Assembly: GCA_045600325.1 (NCBI GenBank)
Contig: JAZRXS010000086.1
Location: 16-64,015, forward strand
Source of the DNA: Prevotella sp.
GTDB taxonomy: Bacteria > Bacteroidota > Bacteroidia > Bacteroidales > Bacteroidaceae
DNA: 64,000 nucleotides
Direction: 5' to 3'
The position numbers and the translations under genes were made by a program. The notes under the pieces were generated by a model, which saw only the letters and a list, made by a program, of their open reading frames with translations, was not told where the DNA came from and did no database searches. This document shows positions 21,289 to 31,255 of the stretch, one piece after another; position 1 is the first letter of the stretch, and each line of letters starts with the position of its first letter.

Positions 21289-22733
21289 TTAAGGATGCGA
21301 GAGTAGGCGCGGGCGGAGAGATTGAACTTCTCCATTGCAGTCTTTAGGACATTCATTGCGTCTGGAGTCGGCTCGGCGTATTTGTGGATGAGCTTCTCCG
21401 TCATCTGGGCGTTGCAATAGACACCGGCGTCGTTGGCGAAACGCTTTGTTTGTATTTCACGAGCTGCTACTACACGTGTACGGATATCGCGCGAAGGTTC
21501 GCCGGGTTGCATCTTGGCAAGGTCGTTGAACTTCACGTTCGAACACTCTATCTGGAGGTCGATGCGGTCGAGAAGTGGTCCACTAATCTTTCCGAGATAG
21601 CGCTTTATCTGTCCTGGAGTGCAGTTGCAATCGTGCGTTGGATCGTTGTAATAGCCGCAAGGACAAGGATTCATGGCGGCAACGAACATGAAATTGCAAG
21701 GATAGTCAATGTTATAAGTGGCGCGAGAGATGGAAACCTTATGGTCTTCAAGCGGTTGGCGCATCACCTCAAGCGTCTTTTTATTGAATTCTGGCAACTC
21801 GTCAGCAAACAAAATTCCGTTATGAGCAAGCGAAATTTCTCCCGGACGAGCCACAATGCCGCCTCCACAGAGGGCAACTTGCGAGATTGTGTGATGTGGT
21901 GAGCGGAACGGACGGCGAGTCATCAGCGGCGAACCGCCGGTAGTTGATGCAGGCAACATTCCGGCAATGGAATATATTTGTGTGGTTTCAAGACTTTCGG
22001 CGAGTGTAAGTGGAGGCAAGATTGTAGGCAATCGCTTAGCCATCATGGACTTTCCACTGCCCGGAGGACCAACCATTATCATGTTATGGCCACCCGCTGC
22101 GGCAACTTCCATGGCACGTTTCACGACCTCCTGGCCTTTGACATCCTCAAAATCCACATCAAACTTGATCTCCTCCTCACAGAATTCCTTGCGAGTGTCA
22201 ACGAATGCCGGCTGAAGACCGCGTGGATTGCCGTCGAGAAAATCAATGACTTCCGTGATGTGGCTTACTCCATAAATGGGCAGATTATTGACAACAGCAG
22301 CCTCCCTTTCGTTTTCCTTGGGCACAATCATGCCTGCAAAACTCCTTTTTCGTGCCTCAATGGCTATTGGTAGTACTCCTTTTATTGGCTGTATACTACC
22401 ATCAAGACTCAACTCTCCCAAAAAGAGATAGTTTTTTATGACATCCTTCTCAACCTGACCGTTAAGCGAGAGCAAAGCCATTGCTACAGGAAGGTCGAAC
22501 GCACTGCCTTCTTTCTTCAGGTCGGCAGGAGCGAGATTGATAGTGTATTCTGCTGTCTTCGGAGCTTTTCCTATGGACGTAAGAGCCGCATAGATACGGT
22601 CATGACTCTCTTTAACGGCTGTGTCGCCGAGTCCGGTAAGGTGATAATAAGAGCCAGTCGTACTGAAAGCCTCTACAGTAACTATGGAAACTTCAAGTCC
22701 GTTGAGTGCAGCACTGGATGTTTTTACAATCAT
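21177..22733 (-). CDS. comM: YifB/ComM family Mg-chelatase-like AAA ATPase
   Basis: [51 protein letters not shown]; -7 element at 22809-22816. Confidence 0.95.
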   Translation of the reverse strand: MIVKTSSAALNGLEVSIVTVEAFSTTGSYYHLTGLGDTAVKESHDRIYAALTSIGKAPKTAEYTINLAPADLKKEGSAFDLPVAMALLSLNGQVEKDVIKNYLFLGELSLDGSIQPIKGVLPIAIEARKRSFAGMIVPKENEREAAVVNNLPIYGVSHITEVIDFLDGNPRGLQPAFVDTRKEFCEEEIKFDVDFEDVKGQEVVKRAMEVAAAGGHNMIMVGPPGSGKSMMAKRLPTILPPLTLAESLETTQIYSIAGMLPASTTGGSPLMTRRPFRSPHHTISQVALCGGGIVARPGEISLAHNGILFADELPEFNKKTLEVMRQPLEDHKVSISRATYNIDYPCNFMFVAAMNPCPCGYYNDPTHDCNCTPGQIKRYLGKISGPLLDRIDLQIECSNVKFNDLAKMQPGEPSRDIRTRVVAAREIQTKRFANDAGVYCNAQMTEKLIHKYAEPTPDAMNVLKTAMEKFNLSARAYSRILKVARTIADLDNSELVEKRHIQEAVLYRSLDRSYWGEW

Positions 22734-23003
22734 GGGTTAGTCGTTAGGGAGATTATTCGTTTGGAAGTTTGGAAATTAGTCGATCGTGGAGAATGTAATT
22801 CAACGCTGCAAAATTACATATTTTAAGTGAAAAGGAAAAGATTTGAACAGAAAAAGTACAAAAAGTTTTTGCAATTACTTGCATAATAGCAACTTTAAAC
22901 ACAGAAAAAGACAAACATCGCCAATAAATTTGTCTAAAGCAGAAAAAAAAGCTAAATTTGCACGCGAAAAAAGATATAACCCTCTTAATCACAGAGATTC
23001 AAT

Positions 23004-24128
23004 ATGCAAAAAATACTTCTCTTCATACTTGCCGCGATCTGTGTAAGTAGTTGTTTTAAGGAAGAAGCTATGGAGTCAGAGTGCGATATTCTTCGTGCCA
23101 GCGTGAAGCTTTCCAATCCAGAGGCTGTGTTTTACAGCGCAGCTGATACGGTGGCAATGATAACACCTGACTATGCTTCGAACATCATTGAGTTCCGGAA
23201 TGTGCAGATGAATGCCGACATCACAGCCATGGCACCTCAATTCAGCATTACAAAGAACGCAACGATAGAGCCAAAGAGTGGCACTGTGCTCGACTTCTCG
23301 CAGGGTGGTCAGTACTATACAGTTACTTCGGAAGACAAGCAATGGAGCCGCCGCTATCTCGTGCGCTTTGCGAAACCACAGAGCTTCTATGAGTACAACT
23401 TCGAGAACTATTTCCTGAGCGAGAATGGGAAATATTATGTTTGGAGCGACAATGCTGAAGGCGAAACTCCAAACTGGTGTACTGCCAATGCAGGATTCAG
23501 CGTTGCACGCTCGTCAGCAAAGCCTATGGAATATCCTTCAATACCTGATGAAAACGGATACGAAGGAGCATGCGTGAAACTTCAGACGGTAAGCACTGGC
23601 TCTTGGGGCGTGATGACAAACAAGAGGTTGGCTGCCGGAAACCTTTTCCTTGGCTCGTTCGATTTGTCAAAAGCACTGACGCAGACACTTCAGAGTACTC
23701 ACTTCGGTCTTCCTACTACAAAGAAGCCTCTGCGTTTCACTGGATATTACAAATATAAGCCGGGAGAACAGATGCAAGATGCAAAGGGAAACCTGATAGA
23801 GGGTACTGACGAAGGCGCTATCTATGCAGTGGTTTACAAGAACCACGATGCAGAAGGCAAGTCGGTATATCTCACTGGCGAAGACATCATGACGAATCCG
23901 CTGCGTGTGGCTATGGCAAAACTGTATGACGTGCATCGAAGCGACGACTGGACAAGTTTCGATGTGTCTTTCGATTATTGGGAAGATATTGACATCCAAT
24001 TGCTCCAGAACATGGGATACAGCCTTGCCATTCTTTGCTCTTCAAGCAAGAACGGCGATTTGTATGAAGGTGCATTGGGCAGCACATTATGGGTTGATAA
24101 TTTGCGAATAATAACAGAGGAGGAGTAA
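23004..24128 (+). CDS. PCMD-domain lipoprotein
   Basis: Lipobox VSSC, W.TANAGF, LAAGNLFLGSF, GYYKYKPG, GSTLWVD; TAAATTTG at 22953. Confidence 0.8.
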   Translation: MQKILLFILAAICVSSCFKEEAMESECDILRASVKLSNPEAVFYSAADTVAMITPDYASNIIEFRNVQMNADITAMAPQFSITKNATIEPKSGTVLDFSQGGQYYTVTSEDKQWSRRYLVRFAKPQSFYEYNFENYFLSENGKYYVWSDNAEGETPNWCTANAGFSVARSSAKPMEYPSIPDENGYEGACVKLQTVSTGSWGVMTNKRLAAGNLFLGSFDLSKALTQTLQSTHFGLPTTKKPLRFTGYYKYKPGEQMQDAKGNLIEGTDEGAIYAVVYKNHDAEGKSVYLTGEDIMTNPLRVAMAKLYDVHRSDDWTSFDVSFDYWEDIDIQLLQNMGYSLAILCSSSKNGDLYEGALGSTLWVDNLRIITEEE

Positions 24129-24132
24129 AATC

Positions 24133-24879
24133 ATGAAGAAGATATTATTACTGGCGCTATTGATCTTACAGGTGTCACTTGTTAAGGCACAGTTTCTCGA
24201 GGACGTAAGCGTAGAAGCTCAAATAGGTTACAACATAGGTGGAACAATGCCTCTCGGAATGCCTGCAAGTATTCGTGGGCTAAACTCATATACTCCACAG
24301 CTGAATCCACAGGTAGGAGTAAAGGCGGAAAAGCCTCTCACCGACCAATGGGGAGTAGAAACCGGCGTGAGATTGGACAGAAAAGCAATGAGTACTGATG
24401 CTCAGGTAAAAGGTTACCACATGACAATGAGTAGAGGTGGCGAAGCGATAGAAGGTTACTTCACTGGAAATGTGGTGACGGAAGTTGGCACATGGACATT
24501 GAGCATTCCTGTGGAAATGACTTTCAAGCCAACTGATAAACTGAAGATATATGCCGGTCCATACGTCGGATGGAATATTTCAAGGAATTTCGATGGCTAT
24601 GCCTACGATGGATACATCAGAAAAGACACTCCTACAGGTGAACGCATTGAGTTGGGAAACACTGCTGAAGAGCGAGGTGAATACAACTTCAATGACGACA
24701 TGCGCAAGGCTCAATGGGGAATAAACGCTGGAGTGTCATACAAGCTGACACACGGTCTCGGCATTTATGCCAACCTTGCATGGGGAATGAGCAATGCCTT
24801 CAACAAAGACTTCCGTACAATAGAACAAAAGATGTATCCAATATATGGTACAGTAGGATTAAACTATAAACTTAAATAA
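24133..24879 (+). CDS. Outer-membrane beta-barrel (porin family) protein
   Basis: Signal peptide, GYNIGGTMP, YAGPY, terminal YKLK. Confidence 0.78.
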   Translation: MKKILLLALLILQVSLVKAQFLEDVSVEAQIGYNIGGTMPLGMPASIRGLNSYTPQLNPQVGVKAEKPLTDQWGVETGVRLDRKAMSTDAQVKGYHMTMSRGGEAIEGYFTGNVVTEVGTWTLSIPVEMTFKPTDKLKIYAGPYVGWNISRNFDGYAYDGYIRKDTPTGERIELGNTAEERGEYNFNDDMRKAQWGINAGVSYKLTHGLGIYANLAWGMSNAFNKDFRTIEQKMYPIYGTVGLNYKLK

Positions 24880-24880
24880 T

Positions 24881-25534
24881 ATGAAGAAGATTTTTACTCT
24901 TGTAGCGCTGCTGTCGTTTGCGCTTGTAATGAATGCACAGGATAAGGTACGTACTTATACTGACAATATGGTGGTTATCGTCAACGATGAGTCAACGGAT
25001 CCTATGCCAACAACGATCTCAATAACGGAACAGGCAGATGGTAAGTACACTCTGGCGCTTAACAACTTCATTCTGGTATCGAAGGATGAAGAGAGTGGGG
25101 AAGATGATCCAATGCCTGTAGGTACAATAAGCATCAGCGACCTTGAGCCTGCTGTTGCTGGCGACGGAACATTGTCGTTCAGTGCGGAAAGGGACATCAT
25201 ACTTCAGCCAGGCGATATGGAAGGCGTGGATTTTTGGTTGGGTCCAATACTCTCAGAAGAGTTGGGTGGTATTCCAATCACATTGAAAGCAGACTTGTCG
25301 GCTGACAAAGAGCAACTGTTGGCTGATATAGACATTGACCTCTCAACAGTACTTGGCCAGAAGATTAAAGTTCTCTTCGGACAGGCATTGATTGATAAGG
25401 CTTTGAAGATCAGCGAGGTTAAGTCAGAGAACAATTCCCGTCAGAAGGGTGTCTATAACCTTCAGGGCCAGAAGGTTGGTGCTGATTTCAATGGTATCAT
25501 CGTAGTAAACGGAAAGAAGATTATCAAGAAATAA
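24881..25534 (+). CDS. Calycin-like secreted protein with T9SS-type C-terminal tail
   Basis: Signal peptide; YTLALNNF; C-terminal VYNLQGQKV...IVVNGKKIIK. Confidence 0.65.
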   Translation: MKKIFTLVALLSFALVMNAQDKVRTYTDNMVVIVNDESTDPMPTTISITEQADGKYTLALNNFILVSKDEESGEDDPMPVGTISISDLEPAVAGDGTLSFSAERDIILQPGDMEGVDFWLGPILSEELGGIPITLKADLSADKEQLLADIDIDLSTVLGQKIKVLFGQALIDKALKISEVKSENNSRQKGVYNLQGQKVGADFNGIIVVNGKKIIKK

Positions 25535-25597
25535 TGTGGTTCAACTTTCGCAAGCTCAAGTTGAGGCTAATGGCTAATGACTAATGGCTAATGGCAC

Positions 25598-25636
25598 AAA
25601 AAAGGTAACTATCAGCGATGATAGTTACCTTTTTTT
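25598..25636. terminator. Bidirectional intrinsic terminator
   Basis: AAAAAAGGTAACTATCA-GCGA-TGATAGTTACCTTTTTTT between convergent genes. Confidence 0.8.
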
Positions 25637-25675
25637 ATTATTTTTCGCGTTATCCCAAATGGGCTTTTGGGGTTA

Positions 25676-26512
25676 TTAATCCTCTGTAGGAGTTTCTTCA
25701 ACCTTCTTCTTGCGAGTAGCACGTGTCTTGCGAGTAGTCTTCTTTTCCTCTACAGGCTTGATCTTAACGCCTGCGAGCTCTGGGTCAACGAGGATACGGC
25801 CGCAATATTCACAAACGATGATCTTCTTGTGCATCTTGATGTCAAGCTGGCGCTGTGGTGGAATCTTTGCAAAGCAACCGCCACAAGCATCACGCTGGAT
25901 GTAAACTACACCGAGTCCATTGCGAGCATTCTTGCGAATGCGGAGGAAGCTTGAGAGAAGGCGACTCTCGATCTTTGCTTCAAGATCCTTTGCCTTGATC
26001 TTGAGTTTGTCCTCATCAGCACGAGTTTCGTCGATGATTTCCTCAAGTTCGTTTTTCTTTTCTTCAAGGATAGCGTCCTTGTCTTCAATGTCCTTGCGAG
26101 TCTGCTGGAGATCTTCAACGCGCTCTTCAACCTTCTTCTTTGCCTCACGGATGAGCTTCTGGCAGTGCTCTATCTGGAGTCCCTGGAACTCTATCTCCTT
26201 TGTGAGTGAGTCGTACTGACGGTTGTTCTGCACTTCGTCGAGCTGTGCTGTGTAACGAGCGATGAGGTTCTTAGCCTCTTCAATTTCGCTTTCACGGATC
26301 TCGATAGCCTTCTTGTAGTCCTGAATCTCAGTAGCGTACTTCTCCTGGCGTGTCTTGAGGCCAGCGAGTTCGTCTTCGATGTCCTTTACTTCAAGAGGAA
26401 GCTCACCGCGGAGGGCACGCTTCTCGTCGATGCTTGAAAGAGTAGCCTGAAGAGAGTAGAGGTTCTTGAGCTTCTCTTCTACTGTGTAGTCTTCTGGATT
26501 TTTCTTTGCCAT
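25676..26512 (-). CDS. C4-type zinc ribbon coiled-coil protein (DUF164-type)
   Basis: RGELPLEV, ACGGCF..CEYCGRIL; follows the Nif3-like gene. Confidence 0.88.
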   Translation of the reverse strand: MAKKNPEDYTVEEKLKNLYSLQATLSSIDEKRALRGELPLEVKDIEDELAGLKTRQEKYATEIQDYKKAIEIRESEIEEAKNLIARYTAQLDEVQNNRQYDSLTKEIEFQGLQIEHCQKLIREAKKKVEERVEDLQQTRKDIEDKDAILEEKKNELEEIIDETRADEDKLKIKAKDLEAKIESRLLSSFLRIRKNARNGLGVVYIQRDACGGCFAKIPPQRQLDIKMHKKIIVCEYCGRILVDPELAGVKIKPVEEKKTTRKTRATRKKKVEETPTED

Positions 26513-26549
26513 AACTGCATTTATGATTTTATGATGTATGATTTAGTAT

Positions 26550-27416
26550 TTATTTCACGCAGATTGGGTTCGTGCTTCCGAAGAGTCGGGTAGGGAGGTC
26601 TGGACAATCCTTTGCGAGAATCTGTTGAAGAAGTTCGCAAGTGAACTGCTCTGTTTCATAATGTCCGAGCACGATGATCTGTATGTCGCCAAGTGCCTCA
26701 AAATACTCGTGGTAGTGCATCTCGCCTGTTATGAAGATGTCTGCACCTTGTGCCTTTGCCTCGTCAAGAAGGAAAGAACCCGCACCACCGCAGAGGGCAA
26801 CCTTGATGACCCCCTCCGACTCCCCCACAAGGGGGAGAGAAAGCTCATGCGGATTGGTTCTCTGCGATGTGTGAGTTCCTCCCCTTGTGGGGAGGTTAGG
26901 AGGGGTCGAACACAGCGCGCAAGGGGCTTTGAAGATAGCCTTTACGTATTCCACGAAAGGTACTCCCGGTGCAGCTGCGCTAATTTCTCCAATCACGCCA
27001 GAGCCGCCTTCGTATCCACCGCGATTCATAGGCTGGAGGAAACGGACGTTCTCAAGACCGAGCTTCTCTGCCATCTTGTGGTTAACACCTCCCGGAGCAT
27101 TGTCCAGATTGGTGTGCATAGAGATTATCGCAATGTTGTTCCGTATGGCTTTCATCACGATTCGTTCCACACTCGTTCCATCTTGTGTGATGCGTTTCAG
27201 TCCACGGAAAAGCAGCGGATGGTGAGACACGATAAGGTTGAAGCCACTCTTGATGGCCTCGTCCACAACGTCCATGGTGACGTCTAAACACAACAATGCC
27301 CCTGTAACGTCTTGCTCTCCTGTCAATCCAATCTGCAAGCCAGCATTATCGTAGCTTTCCTGCAGCGGCAGAGGAGCAAAAGTTTCAAGGGCAGCAAGCA
27401 CTTGTAATATGTTCAT
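26550..27416 (-). CDS. Nif3-like dinuclear metal centre protein with in-frame REP insert
   Basis: YDNAGLQIG, SHHPLLF, HTNLD, VALCGGAGS, GHYETEQF. Confidence 0.92.
   Translation of the reverse strand: MNILQVLAALETFAPLPLQESYDNAGLQIGLTGEQDVTGALLCLDVTMDVVDEAIKSGFNLIVSHHPLLFRGLKRITQDGTSVERIVMKAIRNNIAIISMHTNLDNAPGGVNHKMAEKLGLENVRFLQPMNRGGYEGGSGVIGEISAAAPGVPFVEYVKAIFKAPCALCSTPPNLPTRGGTHTSQRTNPHELSLPLVGESEGVIKVALCGGAGSFLLDEAKAQGADIFITGEMHYHEYFEALGDIQIIVLGHYETEQFTCELLQQILAKDCPDLPTRLFGSTNPICVK
26808..26907. repeat. GC-rich REP doublet inside the Nif3-like CDS
   Basis: GACCCCCTCCGACTCCCCCACAAGGGGGAG ... CTCCCCTTGTGGGGAGGTTAGGAGGGGTC. Confidence 0.88.
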
Positions 27417-27558
27417 AATTTGCGTGCAAAGTTAGTAATAATTAGTAATATACGATAATCAAATACGGAATATTTTCGTTTTGTGCGTATTTTTTTGCGT
27501 TATATACATTATTTTAAAACAAATAGCATAACTTTGCACGCAATAGAAGAGCAATTGG

Positions 27559-27638
27559 TAACTCAATAATTCAATAACTTGATAACTCAATAATTTAATA
27601 ACTCAATAACTATACATTTCAATAATCCAACAATTCAA
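27559..27638 (+). repeat. Degenerate octamer tandem repeat (TAACTCAA)x10 in a 5' UTR
   Basis: Direct reading. Confidence 0.8.
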
Positions 27639-27642
27639 CATT

Positions 27643-28467
27643 ATGAAAAAGCTACTTTTGATGCTTAGTTTCGTAGCCTTGACGGCTACTGCACAGACAA
27701 ATGTGCCTTTCTGTGAGATTGGCGACAACGAGTCAAACAACTGGAGAGAATACCTTCAGTATGCCGTTCCATGTACAAAGGACGAGTGCTGCGTGTGCGG
27801 CATGAACATCAGTATAACATTTGAAAAGAGCAAACCTGCTACAGGTCAGTGGGTAAGCGATGTCGTAGCCGATTGGTGCAATCTTTATATCGGCAACCTT
27901 GAAGGGTATGTTACTGACGATAAGCCTATTGGTAAGGTTGATGTCGTTACATACAAGGCGGGCATGACTGCAAGTGCTTTGGAGGCGGCTTACGGAAATA
28001 GTTTCAAGAATCTTCTGACCGTTGCAATGAAGAGTCGTCCTTGCGAGAAAGCGCCTTATGGTCCATACGCGGAAAGCATCAAGATAGAGCCTATATGGAA
28101 AGATGCCAATCGTGTGACTTATTCCATCAAGACCGCTTTTGATTACAGTGGTAGCAATGGATATACACGCGGAACCAGACTTGTTACACTCAACAATAAA
28201 GGCAAGGAACTGCGCACTCTCGCTGCCCTTGGCGTGAATATGCCGGACTTCAAGCAGAAAGTGTTCCGCAAACTCAAGGCTTTGAAGGCGGAGTATGGAA
28301 TGGACTTGGATCCAAAGACGACTGCTAACAAGTTCTTTACAGAGATGAAGATTAATCCAGAAGACTATGTTGCCCTTGTTGGCAAGCAGCTCATAGTCAC
28401 TTTCCCTGCATATTCTGTTGGCATTGGTGCCGAGGGTGAGTATGTGGTGAAGTTGCCTTTGAGATAA
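27643..28467 (+). CDS. Secreted protein, RsiV/DUF3298-like C-terminus
   Basis: Signal peptide; LIVTFPAYSVGIGAEG..VKLP. Confidence 0.6.
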   Translation: MKKLLLMLSFVALTATAQTNVPFCEIGDNESNNWREYLQYAVPCTKDECCVCGMNISITFEKSKPATGQWVSDVVADWCNLYIGNLEGYVTDDKPIGKVDVVTYKAGMTASALEAAYGNSFKNLLTVAMKSRPCEKAPYGPYAESIKIEPIWKDANRVTYSIKTAFDYSGSNGYTRGTRLVTLNNKGKELRTLAALGVNMPDFKQKVFRKLKALKAEYGMDLDPKTTANKFFTEMKINPEDYVALVGKQLIVTFPAYSVGIGAEGEYVVKLPLR

Positions 28468-28493
28468 TATCAAAACTTTCGGGCGTAGAGGTC

Positions 28494-28599
28494 AAAACTC
28501 TTATGGTTTGAAAAAAGTTCGTATACAAACTCACAACGAGTTTGTATACAAAACTGCTTCGGGTTTGTATACGAACTTTTTTGTAACTCATGGAGATAT
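28494..28599. repeat. GTATAC palindrome array, copy 2
   Basis: GTATAC at 28521, 28544, 28567; outer AAAACTC and GTAACTC units. Confidence 0.8.
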
Positions 28600-28606
28600 G
28601 GGTAAG

Positions 28607-28643
28607 AAAACGCAGACTTTTCATCAGAAAAGTCTGCGTTTTT
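28607..28643. terminator. Bidirectional intrinsic terminator
   Basis: AAAACGCAGACTTTTC-ATCA-GAAAAGTCTGCGTTTTT. Confidence 0.75.
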
Positions 28644-28685
28644 ATTGTCTAACCGCCACATTTCTATTGTCTAACAGCCTGCGTT

Positions 28686-29582
28686 TTATGACCTAACCGC
28701 CTTCATCATTCGTTGTTTGCCAAACTGGTCTTCACGAATTTCAATGTCTGTGAAGCCTTTCTCCGTGAGCATTTCCTGCATTTCATTCACGCAGAGAGGG
28801 TTTATCTCATAGAAGAGCAGACCGCCTGGGGTGAGATTAAGAAGGGCAAAGTCGGCAATGGCGCGGTAGAAGAGGAGTGGGTCGTTGTCAGGAACGAAAA
28901 GGGCAAGGCTTGGCTCATGGTCAAGGACGTGGGCAGACATCTCCGAACGCTCCTTGTCCATTATGTACGGAGGGTTGGAGACGATGAGACCCCACCCTTC
29001 CTCCCCACAGGGGAGGGGCGTAGAGAGTATGTCTTGCTGGATGAAATTTACGCAGACCTTGTTGCGTTCGGCATTGCGCTTGGCGTATGCAAGGGCTTTA
29101 TCGGAAATATCAATGGCAGAAACTTGGGCTGACGGTAATTCGGCTGCAAGGGTTATGGCGATTGCACCGGAGCCAGTACCGATGTCGAGGATAGTAGGAA
29201 TGCAGAATGCAGAATGCAGAATGCAGAATTGGCTTGCGATATCCTCGTTTTGAGCATCTGGGATTCTGTATTCTGCATTCTGCATTCTGCATTCATCAAT
29301 AATCCACTGGCAGAGTTCCTCTGTTTCTGGACGTGGAATGAGTACGCCCTCGCCAACTTCAAACTCACGACCGAAGAAGGTTTCTGTGCCAAGAATGTAT
29401 TGTATTGGTCTGCCTTGCTTTAGACTGTTGAGGGTTTCATCTGAGATGTTGAGGTCGCAGCCGCAGAGAATATCAGCAAAACTGAGGTGGAAAAGCTTGT
29501 CGGCAAGGAGTCTGGCAATGGCTTGTGCCTCGCCTGCGTCATAGTTTTCCTTGAGTATTGTTATGAGTTGCTGATACGTCAT
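28686..29582 (-). CDS. prmC: Release factor glutamine methyltransferase with two in-frame repeat inserts
   Basis: PIQYILG, VLIPRPETEEL, LDIGTGSGAIA, SNPPY, HEPSLALF. Confidence 0.95.
   Translation of the reverse strand: MTYQQLITILKENYDAGEAQAIARLLADKLFHLSFADILCGCDLNISDETLNSLKQGRPIQYILGTETFFGREFEVGEGVLIPRPETEELCQWIIDECRMQNAEYRIPDAQNEDIASQFCILHSAFCIPTILDIGTGSGAIAITLAAELPSAQVSAIDISDKALAYAKRNAERNKVCVNFIQQDILSTPLPCGEEGWGLIVSNPPYIMDKERSEMSAHVLDHEPSLALFVPDNDPLLFYRAIADFALLNLTPGGLLFYEINPLCVNEMQEMLTEKGFTDIEIREDQFGKQRMMKAVRS
29198..29294. repeat. Inverted heptamer arrays (GAATGCA)n...(ATTCTGC)n inside prmC
   Basis: Direct reading; encodes ECRMQNAEYRIP...FCILHSAFCIP. Confidence 0.85.
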
Positions 29583-30527
29583 TTATCTCAAATGCCCTTT
29601 TTTGTAAATGAAATTGAAGATGAAATAGAATGATATGCCGACAGCTAATCCTACTATGGCATCAATAGCATAGTGCGCTTGGATGTAAACTGTTGCCAAA
29701 CAAAGCAAGATATACAGCGGAAGGATAACAAGGGAAATCTTCCAATGCTTTGAGAACAAGGCAAGTAGGAATATTACTGTGGCACATCCCACATGGCTAC
29801 TTGGGAATGCTGCTGTAGGTCGTTCGCCAGCAGCCTTGGCACTTTCCACGAGTCCATAGAAGAAACCGTCAGAGTTTCCTGGTGATGGCCAGCAGGCTTG
29901 TGATGTCATGAAATGGTTTCCTACATCAGGGAAAATGCCTTCCTCTATGCCCGAACGACCAACAAACTCATAATAGAACGTTGGACCGGCAACTGGAATC
30001 AAGTCGAATATCACGTAGAATGCAAAGAATGCCGTGAGCATGACGAATGTTGCACGCAGAAAGTCGGTGCGTTGCCAGAAGAAATAATATACTACAACAC
30101 CCGCAATCATCAGGTAGTAAGACCAATAGCCAAGGTAGAATGCTTCAGACATCCACTTCGGAAGTGCCTCGTGAAAGACCAAAGCAGGCTGGAAACCGAA
30201 CAAGTCTTGGTCGATTGCTGCGAAGGTTGGATCAAGGTTCGGTAGAACTTTGTTAAGCTCGTATGTGTCTGGATACCACCAAGAGAGCAATGCTGTCTGA
30301 AGTGCAACGCGCAAGACGACAGTGAATTGGCATGGAAACCAATAGTGTATGAGCCAGAGCGCACCCATCATGGCGAGCACTTGTACGCGTCCGCCTATGA
30401 GAGCCATTGGGTCTTCGTGCTTGGTGTAAGTGAAAAGTATCAGGACTACCGTAAAGATGAGGTAGGCAAGTGCTACCCATTCTACGGCAAGGAGTCCTTT
30501 TGGGGAAGATTTGTCGAGTTTGAACAT
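29583..30527 (-). CDS. PAP2 family phosphatase / IPC-synthase-like membrane protein
   Basis: PVAGP, AAFPSSH, HYAIDAI; multiple transmembrane helices. Confidence 0.85.
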   Translation of the reverse strand: MFKLDKSSPKGLLAVEWVALAYLIFTVVLILFTYTKHEDPMALIGGRVQVLAMMGALWLIHYWFPCQFTVVLRVALQTALLSWWYPDTYELNKVLPNLDPTFAAIDQDLFGFQPALVFHEALPKWMSEAFYLGYWSYYLMIAGVVVYYFFWQRTDFLRATFVMLTAFFAFYVIFDLIPVAGPTFYYEFVGRSGIEEGIFPDVGNHFMTSQACWPSPGNSDGFFYGLVESAKAAGERPTAAFPSSHVGCATVIFLLALFSKHWKISLVILPLYILLCLATVYIQAHYAIDAIVGLAVGISFYFIFNFIYKKGHLR

Positions 30528-30565
30528 AGAGGTTAAACCCGAAACTGACGTCTCGGGAACAGTGA

Positions 30566-31231
30566 CTATTCTATTGTTTCTGGTTCAATATTTTCAATGA
30601 GTTCAGTGTTTTCCTGCTCTGCCTTCTGTATCTGCATCTGCTGGTTAGCCTTGTTGTACTTGCGCTTGAAGATGGCAAGCTGCACGCTGATGAGTATTTC
30701 AAGGAAGGCGAATGCGATGAATCCCCAGCCGCAGAGTATCATGAAGAATGACAATGTCTCAGAGATGAAACTTGGCTTCAAAGTGATAAGCAGTCCGACA
30801 AGGAATATGATCGACGTGAAAATCCAGTAAAGCACAGGCACTTGCGCATACTGGCGTGTCTTCATAAGGTTGAGGAACTGGTTGAAAGCACCGAGCATGA
30901 TCATCGCTCCGAAGATGATGTTCAATACTTCCATGAGGGTACTTGGTACGATGATTAGGATAAGACCAAGAATAACGCTACCCGTGCCAGCAATAGGGAA
31001 GAATGGAGACGATGGCTTGAGCTTGTTACCTTGCTCATCATAGAGGTCAACCTTGCCTTCATTCTTTTTCTGATAAAGGTAACTTGCCCATGAAATGGCG
31101 CCAGATGCAAAGAACAAGGCACCAATGGCTTGGATGAAACCATGCTGCATCTCATCAGGATATTGTATGAGCATGTAGCCGATAGCGATGGCGCAAAGTG
31201 CGCGGAAAACTGTACTTTTAAGTATTCTCAT
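30566..31231 (-). CDS. DUF308/HdeD-like membrane protein
   Basis: Repeated hydrophobic hairpins; probable leaderless start. Confidence 0.75.
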   Translation of the reverse strand: MRILKSTVFRALCAIAIGYMLIQYPDEMQHGFIQAIGALFFASGAISWASYLYQKKNEGKVDLYDEQGNKLKPSSPFFPIAGTGSVILGLILIIVPSTLMEVLNIIFGAMIMLGAFNQFLNLMKTRQYAQVPVLYWIFTSIIFLVGLLITLKPSFISETLSFFMILCGWGFIAFAFLEILISVQLAIFKRKYNKANQQMQIQKAEQENTELIENIEPETIE

Positions 31232-31255
31232 GCTGCAAAATTAATGTTTTTTTGG

